NCBI GenBank assembly: GCA_010093705.1 | Contig: MU006113.1 | Coordinates: 297,333-317,332 of the forward strand | Direction of reading: 5' to 3' | DNA: 20,000 nt | Source: Patellaria atrata CBS 101060 | Taxonomy: Eukaryota | Part shown: positions 12,533 to 20,000 of the stretch, in pieces | Position numbering within the stretch: position 1 is the stretch's first letter | Layout of the letters: each line of letters starts with the position of its first letter | Notes under the pieces: model-generated | What the model was told of the DNA's origin: nothing | What the model saw: the letters and a program-made list of their open reading frames with translations, nothing else | Databases searched by the model: none | Program-made: the position numbers and the translations under genes

Positions 12533-13678
12533 GTCTCAAAGCCGGGATATGGGTCTCAGTATTATAGAGGATCGATAAGTGGTTGAGTTGTGAGCGGTAT
12601 ATAGAGAAATATATATTTGCGCGTGCGATGGTGTTGGATGGCGAGCGAAGAGAGAAGGACGACGTGAGTATCGGTGATGTCAGTGTGCTTGATTCGTGAC
12701 AGGGGTCAGATGATCAGGTAGTTCTATCGTTTATGGCGTTGGTGGTGATCGACAACGGCGATCTTGTGTGTGCAGGTCACGCTCTGTTGGTGAAAAAGAA
12801 ATATTGTTTGATAGATTCAAGTCCGAGGAATCGAAAGAGAAAGTAGGTGAGGTACCGGTCGTTATTGAGCTTTATAGAAACCCCTCGCGTCTTCGTGGTC
12901 GACAAAGGAAACAATGAACGAGGAAGGGAAAGACAAAGGAAAAAGAAGACAATTAAGATTATTTCTTTGAAGAGTCCAGACTCTTGGAGTTGATATTAGA
13001 ACAAAGAAGAAGTATACAAAGAGAGAGCTTTCTCTCCCTTTATACAAGAGATATCTTCGTACCTTATTGATTAATGTGTGAGGTGAACTGGCGCTTTACC
13101 CTTGCTCATTGTCTCTCCGCCGCGCTCAACCCGACACCCGTCGCGAGGATGGTTGGACGAGAAATTTCGCGACCGATTTGTACGCCCTCTTCGAAACAGT
13201 TACAGAATATTTTAAGAATTAAGATCAGAATAAGAATAATAAAACCAAGGATCGTTTCAAAGCCCATGTTCTAGCGCTTGACGACCTCCTGATTTAACTT
13301 ACATTGATAGGTCGAGAACGCTTAGTATAGCGCCCGTGTATTCCAAAGCTTCATCAATGCAAATTGGCAGCTTAGCATGGTTCATGCAAGATCGAGGCGC
13401 CGCAGTAGGTATCGCAGTTAAGGAATAAGGATATGGTGTGATATGATGTGCACTATCTTCGTTTGGTTTCAATGGGCGTACTAATTCGTACTTCTCCACG
13501 AAATGTTCTAAAATCTGTACAGCTGTACGCGTACTCTTTCTGTAGACACCGGAGACACTTGACATCAGAATTTAATTTCTTGAACCCTTTCATTAGAGAC
13601 GCCTAGACCTCGGTCTAGTTAAGCGTGCTGTCAATTGTACACTGTAGGTACAGTAATTGATTCCCATTGGACCAGCCT

Positions 13679-14624
13679 CTACGGGGACTTGTACACGTAG
13701 TTGTACTGTTCTTTCGCCTTCTTTAAGTGATCCTCAAGCTCTTGCTCCTTCGCTCTAAACTCAGGCTCTTCCTCAAGTCTTCTAAGGTGCGTAGCGTTTC
13801 CAAAGGGGGTCTCATAAGGTATTGCGACACCTTTTTTAACCGCTGGTCTTTCACTGATCCTCTCCCACCAACTCCAGACGTTGGGAAACTGCTCTTTGAC
13901 CTTTATACCTGACATATACCCTACATTGACCCATCCAAAGTTGGCGATATCAGCGATGCTGTATTTGCCTCTACCGGGCCCGACGAGGTAGTCACGGTCA
14001 TTCAACTGTGCATCGAGAATACCATATAACCGTTCTGTCTCACCGACGTATCTCTGCGTCGCATAAGGAATCCTTTCTGCCGCAAACCGATAGAAATGGT
14101 TGGCTTGGCCCTGCATTGGACCCAACCCACCGTGTTGCCACGAAATCCACTGTTCAGCACGGGAGAGGTCGAGCTCGTCGGTGAAAGTGAATTTCTTTTC
14201 AGGATCATAGTGGCGGGTGAGATAGCTAAGGATAGCTGAAGAGATAGAGTAAGTCAGCTATTGTCTGTATATGATGACCTTTGCTTCAAAACTCACCCAT
14301 TCCCTCTTGAACAGCGAATCCTCCCTTATCGTGATCAACGATGACTGGGATTCTGCCATTGGGCCCTAGTTTGGTGAACCAAGGTTCTTTCTGTATGTTG
14401 TCCATGATATTGATCCCTTGGTATATATAGTCTTTGCCGTACGTTTCCTTTAATTCTTCCAGAAAGATAGATGCCTTGACGCCATTAGGGGTAGCTAAAG
14501 TTAAAAGCTCAATACCCTTATTACCAATGAGACCGGAAGGACGATCTGAAGACATGTTTCTCGTTATTACTCGGATGAATTGTTTCGAGGTTCGTGTGAA
14601 GCTAAGGATGGAAGAGTTAATCAT
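13679..14624 (-). CDS. Glutathione S-transferase, Ure2p-like/YfcG-like (TPNG motif); 2 exons, 294 aa from the first ATG or 271 aa from the ATG at 14555
   Basis: The N-terminal domain has TPNG, IQKEPWF and PNGRIP. The C-terminal domain has WQHGGLGPMQGQANHF, RYVGETERLYGILD and YSIADIA. Intron 14296-14236 (GTGAGT...CTGAC...CAG) joins exons 14624-14297 and 14235-13679 in frame (885 nt). Confidence 0.93.
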
Positions 14625-14653
14625 AGTATAAGAGAGGAATGGGACTAGAGGTC

Positions 14654-14659
14654 TATATA
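14654..14659 (-). promoter_or_regulatory. Candidate TATA box of the GST gene
   Basis: TATATA lies 29 nt upstream of the first in-frame ATG (14624). Supported by position only. Confidence 0.4.
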
Positions 14660-15671
14660 CTAATAAATATCTAATAGCGATGGAATGTCCGTCTTGTTGC
14701 AGCTCGGTACCTCTACGCTGATAGCATTAGAAATCAACGCGTCACCCAAGGACCCTAGCGGAACCATCGACTCCGCACGGGTGCACGGGATGCAACCCTC
14801 ATTGAGATAGAGATTCTGTCGTACTTTTGTACTTCATTGTACACAGAAACTTCTGTTTTGCGAAAAACTTGCGAAGGGAAAGGAGCGGCTTCACTGATGC
14901 TCCGAAGGAGCAAGGGATTCAACCCTCTCTACGGTACGGACTTGGCACAAGGGCTTACTTCTACCTCCAAGCCTTTCGATATGTCATCACCTCACACGAA
15001 ATGTCATCAAATTTGATTATATCCGCGACGAGTGTTGAGCTTTGTAATGTTTGAATCTGCTTAGCTTGTTAATGTGCGTTTTACTTCCGCACGCGCCGGC
15101 GCGGTGATGTAAATCTATACGGCGTACGAACCGGAGTATTCTGTACGGCCAGATGACTCTTACCACAAGCTAGATAGAAGCTTTTCAGATGATATATGCA
15201 GGGTATATACTCCGTACAATGAGGCCTTTGGTTAAGCTGTCAGTCTGCTCCACCAGTGTGGAAGTATCTCGTCCTATGGTTTAGCTGTCTTGTACGGTTG
15301 GTCCTGTACGGTGTACAGTTTTGTCCTCTCCTATAATTCACTCAGTTTGTATAGTCATCCGTAGAGTCTTGCTATTTGGTACGGTCTAGTCGATATGTAC
15401 CGTACGGACATTGTTTAATTTCCGATTAATTCCTACAGTTTGTTCGTCTCCTGTAGTTCATATGCGTTGCAAAGGGCAAACGGGAGACCGTCTTAGCAAA
15501 ACCCGTACATTGAGAAGAATATATCAGAAAATACATACAGCTAGGACGGCAGAGGAAATTTTTGGGTGAACAGAAAGGAGGAGTAATATTCAACACCCCT
15601 CTCTATTTAAAAGCGATACATCAACGCACCAGCACCCGATCCATCACCACTCCCACCGCCTACCGACCTAA

Positions 15672-16075
15672 TCACAAACAGAAAACATCAAAGCTCCTGA
15701 ACGCCCTCTGATCCGCCGCCTGCCTACATCCTTTACTCCCCGTGCCCGTGAGCCCAAAATCCACGCTCGAGCCGGACTGGTTGTCCCCCGTGTAGGCAAT
15801 GAGACGACATTTGCCGTCCGAGGCAAGGTACTCGAAACTACGGCGCTCGCCGAAGAAGTTGCCGCGGTTGTGCCCGGCTTGCGTAATATGGATATTCTGT
15901 TCGAAGCCGACGCATGCTAGTCAAGGGATGGGGTTAGCTAGGGACGATGCAGGGAGTTAGAATTAGGCGGAGTCGGGGGCATCGTACCAATTTTCCCGAA
16001 GGTGTTGAAGGAAAGGTTTGAGGCGCTGGCTTCGAAGGCAAGGAGGATGGGTATGGTGAGAAGGGTGAGGCGCAT
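15672..16075 (-). CDS. Small secreted cysteine-containing protein (effector-like); 2 exons, 110 aa
   Basis: Exons 16075-15988 and 15916-15672, with a 71-nt intron GTACGA...GCTAAC...TAG. Translation: MRLTLLTIPILLAFEASA-SNLSFNTFGKIACVGFEQNIHITQAGHNRGNFFGERRSFEYLASDGKCRLIAYTGDNQSGSSVDFGLTGTGSKGCRQAADQRAFRSFDVFCL*. It has a classical signal peptide ending A-S-A, four Cys and GC-rich codons. Absent from the supplied ORF track. Confidence 0.85.
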
Positions 16076-17002
16076 CTTGAATGTTGGAGAGCTTGAGGCT
16101 TTGCGCGTGTGGTTCCTGATTAGACGGTTTGAGGATCTTAGCTGTTGGTTTCTTTAATTTGTGAGTAGAGGGTGGAGTATTTAACCTTCGGTGAATATCC
16201 ATATCTTCGAAATAGTTACTCTTTTCGGAAGTCCCTCGTTCGCCATTTAAGTTTTCAGCCGCTTGATATAAGCTAGAACCGGTATGCCGGTGGTGATACA
16301 TACTAGAAATGCTGTTACTAGGTAATGACCCTCGCCATTGTTTTTAGGCCTAAGTCTAAATCCATAGCCTTCAAAATTATATTGGTGAATATTATATAAG
16401 TCGTCAATGTTCAGCCTCAGCGTTGACTGTATCAGGAAATGGTACTGATCCTTCGTACCAATGAGAAGTAAACGGTGAGGGATAATCCTTGTACCATCGT
16501 CGAGAGCAGAGCATACAAAGTATTCACCAAAATAGCTCATGCACTTATATCTTTCTTACAGTCCGGGTGTAGAACCCATACGTAGGACCGTGGTGATGAG
16601 TCTAGATATGATGTCTCGAGACATTTCCCTAAGTTTTGGAAAGAACAAAGTATAACTATAAGACCGAGCTCATTATCATCAGGCTCATAGCTTCCCTCAA
16701 TTCCATTCCCCTTCTCCGCCGACTTATCTCCCATATTCAAGTTCAACCCTTCTTCCCTAGAAACATAGCCCTTTCTCCCAACCCAAGCTGTCACATACGA
16801 CCAAAGAACAAGGAAAATAAGGCATCCCGTCCGTTCTGCCACGAAGGTTGACCCTTCAATGTGGTGGTGTAAAAAGAATAAATACTTCTTTTGAAATCTC
16901 AAGTCTGTTAATTAGTTTTTAGAAATCTCGAATGCGGCAAGGGTTCCATAACAAAACCAAGCGCTTTAAACAGCGCCATAAACATACTAAAAAGCTAAAT
17001 AC

Positions 17003-17509
17003 TGTTACGGCTACAAGTTGTAAGAACATGCAGTTGTCGAGTGAGGGGAAGAAAGGAGGACCACTCGGGGAAACTGCGGGTGACTCTAGCGAGCAGGGTC
17101 ACGTGACTTGAACGTTTGGACCTTCGGTCGTAGGAGACGACCAGACGACCAAACGACGACTAAATTGAACTATGGAGGATAGGAATATTTAAGGACGTCT
17201 TTCCCTCATGTATTTAGATTCTTCGTAGTTATTCTTACCATCAATCTTACCCATAGATTTGGATGTTACGGTTTTGAACTTGACTTCACTTGTTACGCTG
17301 TTTCCATACAGTACGTCTTATCTCATTGTGAGCATTACCCGAAGTCAAGGAGTCAGCAAGTTACATTGCCAACTTGAAGTGCCTTTGTTATACGTATCCT
17401 ATCACTTTGCCAAACCCACCCTAGTGGTTGACCACGTTAAGTGAGAAGCTAGGCGCGTTTCTAGACTTATCCTGTTCTGTCTCGATAAGTATAGACTCCC
17501 GTTGTAACA
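17003..17509 (+). mobile_element. Solo LTR A (507 bp) of an LTR retrotransposon
   Basis: Termini TGTTAC...GTAACA (TG..CA inverted ends). Flanked by a perfect 5-bp target-site duplication AATAC (16998-17002 and 17510-17514). No internal gag/pol. Orientation is inferred from a TATA-like TATTTAAG near 17186. Confidence 0.9.
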
Positions 17510-18268
17510 AATACGTGCTAATTGACTATTCCCTACCATAGAATTGTTTTCCCAAAGCACGCGTTACTATCAAAAACATCCTCCATGGAAAGGGGAAAGG
17601 ATTTAGAAGCGCGTTTCGAATTTTACGAAGATAAATCTAGCTCTTAAATCTAGCTTCTACCGTAGCTGCAAGTGAATGTATTTTAAATTTTAAATAATAG
17701 TACAATAGCGTTGTCGCTTTAGAATTAAAATTATCAAGAGAGTAGATAATAATAAAGAGTAGTCTCTAAGATTCTATTCTCAGAAGATATAGTGCGCCGA
17801 ATCCCTGCGATATCCCCGCGGATGCCTGGTCTTAATCACGGGCATCTAATAGCAGCCGCTGAGCATTTGAATGAAGTAAGACGTAACAGGGAGCTATACT
17901 TGCCATACTGGAGAGGACTAGCAATTTTTGTCATCGTTATGTACACGCCAAGCTCTCTCCATTTAAACATGACGCTAGTAATGTTAGATTTAGTTAAAGA
18001 CCGTAACATCCAATTTTATAGTAAGATATGTTGGTAAGAACTACGAAGAATCGGAATACATGCGCAAAAGAGCATCCTTAAGTATTTCTCCTTCCTAAAT
18101 CTAAACGAGCACTGCTCCCTCCTGCTCTCATCTCTACTATAGGATGACCTGGGATCACTGTGCTCCCGTCTACTCCCATTCCTCTAATGGGATCACTACG
18201 TTTACTAAGTGTTGGTCACGTGACATTTTGCTTACGGTTTCTCCATTCCGATGCGTTTCTCACTGTGG

Positions 18269-18847
18269 TGTTACAACGGGAGTCTATACTTATCGAGACA
18301 GAACAGGATAAGTCTAGAAACGCGCCTGGCTTCTCACTTAACGTGGTCAACCACTGGGGTAGGTTTGGCAAAGTGATAGGATACGTATAACAAAGGCACT
18401 TCAAGTTGACGATACAACTTGCTGACTCCTTGACTTCGGGTAATGCTCACAATGAGACAAGACGTACTGTATGGAAACAGCGTAACAAGTGAAGTCAAGT
18501 TCAAGACCGTAACATCCAAATCTATGGGTAAGATTGATGGTAAGAATAACTACGAAGAATCTAAATACATGAGGGGAAGACCGTCCTTAAATATTCCTAT
18601 CCTTCATAGTTCAATTTGGTGGTGTTCGCCCTGCTCACTCTGCTCGCCCCTCGAGCACGTCGAGCACATCGAGCACATCGAGCACATTGAGCACATTGAT
18701 CGCTCTGCTCGCTCTGCTCGCCCCTCGAGCACGTCGAGCACATCGATCACATCACGTGATCTCCTACCCGTGATGGTTGTTCCGTTCCGACACTTCTGCG
18801 CTACCGCTCTATGGGTAATGCCGCTTCTTCGTCCTGTGGCCGTAACA
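18269..18847 (-). mobile_element. Solo LTR B (579 bp), same family as LTR A, inverted relative to it
   Basis: Termini TGTTAC...GTAACA with a perfect 5-bp TSD TGTGG (18264-18268 and 18848-18852). 18269-~18620 is the reverse complement of ~17159-17509, with 12 substitutions and 1 indel by manual alignment. Confidence 0.9.
18631..18751. repeat. 9-bp-unit tandem array inside the putative U3 of LTR B
   Basis: T(C/T)GAGCAC(A/G) x5 at 18651-18695 and x2 plus TCGATCACA at 18725-18751, interleaved with CTCTGCTCG-type units. A ~35-bp block is duplicated at ~18638 and ~18712. Confidence 0.9.
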
Positions 18848-19309
18848 TGTGGTTCCTTTCGTCCTTCCTGTTGATGATGCTGCTTCCTGTCTTGTGGTTA
18901 TAATATCCTCATAGTCCAGTAAACTAAATCCTCTTAAAGGAATCCACGACATTATGCACTAGAATATATTTCTTGGATTTAAGTCACTACGATTGTTTCG
19001 ACACTTCTATGGAGTGATCTGCAGTGCCTCGATGAGCCGTAGAAGTGTTTAAGAATACCCATCTCATGGAATAATAGAGCTGTTAATCATGAAGTACCCT
19101 ATACCATATATCACTATAGCACTTTCTAAGACATTTAATTACCTGTTTGGGAAGTTTATAAATTTAGAGATGATTAAAATTACCAAACCAATTCGTGAAA
19201 CACATACATCAATCCCCATATTACGTACCTAGTAGGACCTATCACGCGAACTTAATGATAAAAACCACTTTCAAATTTTTGACTTTATGATTAACACCTT
19301 CTATTCTAG

Positions 19310-19700
19310 TGTCACGGTTCTCTTACCACAAATCTCATTCCTCCTATCACGTGACCTATCTTATCAGATTAGATCTCTGGGCAACTCCAACATCAAGTTG
19401 CCCACTCCATAGCTACTGGAAATCTCCAGTCTTAATATATTCGTTAATACTCGATATACGGTGATTCCCAGTGATTGCAGGTCCCTTACATCTAGTAAGG
19501 TAAGCGTTTTATAATCACTTATAAAGATATATCTCGGATAAGAGTTACGTGATGTTAAGTAGCTATAGGTGATATAGATAATTAGGTTTTCTACTAGTAT
19601 CTAGCTATATACTAAGAGATTAAGATAAAGAGAGAAAGGAAAGAGAAAAAGAGGGCTTATCTATAGGTAGGTAAGTTAGCGTCTATAAGAGTATAGCATA
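19310..19700. mobile_element. Possible decayed, RIP-affected LTR or repeat remnant
   Basis: Starts with TGTCACGG, resembling the TGTTACGG start of LTRs A and B. Contains TCACGTGA (19347-19354) and TTACGTGA (19545-19552). 19500-19700 is visibly TpA-rich and CpA-poor. No right terminus or TSD was found. Confidence 0.3.
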
Positions 19701-19713
19701 AATCAAAGTATCT

Positions 19714-20000
19714 TTAAACCGCAATATCTACGTTTTCTAGTTGCCATTGATCCAGAATCGCAACCGATGATATTACATATGAATGTTGAGGGCCGAGAAT
19801 CTGTTTCTGTAGCTGGGAGCATTGTCTCATTAATAAAATAGCATCGTCCTTACGGCCTTGAAGCTTAAACGTAAATGCGAGGTTGTTCATGCTTGTTAGC
19901 GTGTTTGGATGCTCCTCCCCAAGCACCCTCTTTCTCGTCTCCATCACTTGCACCTCCAGCTCTTCGGCCTCCTTCCATCGCCCTTGATTCCTGTACGTCG
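19714..20000 (-). CDS. C-terminus of a TPR-repeat protein (kinesin-light-chain-like TPR, typical of fungal NB-ARC/NACHT NLR-like proteins); 5' part lies outside the window
   Basis: The frame is open to the window edge: TYRNQGRWKEAEELEVQVMETRKRVLGEEHPNTLTSMNNLAFTFKLQGRKDDAILLMRQCSQLQKQILGPQH. This matches the 42-aa TPR consensus (LG.EHP.TL.SM.NLA) common in fungal NLR-like proteins. No nucleotide-binding domain is visible here. Confidence 0.85.
   Translation of the reverse strand, partial: TYRNQGRWKEAEELEVQVMETRKRVLGEEHPNTLTSMNNLAFTFKLQGRKDDAILLMRQCSQLQKQILGPQHSYVISSVAILDQWQLENVDIAV

Larger units (their letters stand above)
17882..18905 (-). mobile_element. Older degenerate LTR C of the same lineage, interrupted by LTR B (own length ~440 bp)
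   Basis: ~17992-18090 (AGTTAAAGACCGTAACATCCAA...TAAGAACTACGAAGAATC...AATACATG...TCCTTAAGTATT) aligns with LTR B ~18498-18600. AACAGGGAGCTATACTT at ~17885 resembles the start of B. TGTGGTTATAATA (18893-18905) is a transition-mutated version of B's end TGTGGCCGTAACA. The left boundary is approximate and no TSD was recovered. Confidence 0.65.

Noticed and set aside
8378..16075. Transporter, MARVEL, GST and secreted protein as a metabolic gene cluster
   Set aside because: No backbone enzyme, transcription factor or shared pathway logic, so adjacency alone is not enough.
15963..16902. Chain of minus-strand ORFs (15963-16301, 16247-16540, 16537-16902)
   Set aside because: No recognisable motifs. 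The first overlaps the better-supported secreted-protein exon in another frame, and the others lie in its probable promoter.
17159..18620. Single DNA transposon, MITE or foldback element with ~350-bp TIRs
   Set aside because: Each arm lies within its own TG..CA unit with a separate 5-bp TSD. No shared TSD encloses the pair and the spacer has no transposase.
18631..18751. CRISPR-like array
   Set aside because: The units are contiguous 9-mers with no unique spacers, in a eukaryotic LTR context.
17003..18847. Intact LTR retrotransposon or TRIM bounded by LTRs A and B
   Set aside because: The LTRs are inverted rather than direct, have different TSDs, and enclose no gag/pol.
18443..18874. 143-aa ORF with EHIEHIEHI repeats, and twin ORFs 17259-17444 / 18334-18519
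   Set aside because: These are translations of LTR sequence and its 9-bp tandem array, with no evidence of real coding.
19379..19403. GGGCAACT...AGTTGCCC hairpin as an RNA gene or terminator
   Set aside because: Isolated 8-bp stem with no tRNA or ncRNA features.

Overview
Intron-rich fungal (filamentous ascomycete-like) DNA. Splicing by hand gives five complete genes with GT-AG introns and intact frames. These are a 1032-aa non-RD Ser/Thr kinase with a long uncharacterised C-terminus (3558-7176, -), a 649-aa 12-exon MFS sugar porter (8378-11056, +), a 159-aa MARVEL-like membrane protein (11990-12532, -), a TPNG-type glutathione S-transferase (13679-14624, -) and a 110-aa four-Cys small secreted protein that the ORF track misses (15672-16075, -). 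The window ends in the TPR C-terminus of a probable NLR-like gene (19714->20000, -). Between the secreted-protein gene and the TPR gene is a cluster of related solo LTRs. Two are intact, in opposite orientation, each with its own perfect 5-bp target-site duplication. One of them is nested inside an older, decayed LTR of the same lineage. The three LTRs have divergent 5' regions, yet each keeps a TCACGTGA E-box about 90-100 nt from the 5' end, followed by a different short repeat. The first ~3.5 kb has no convincingly assignable gene.
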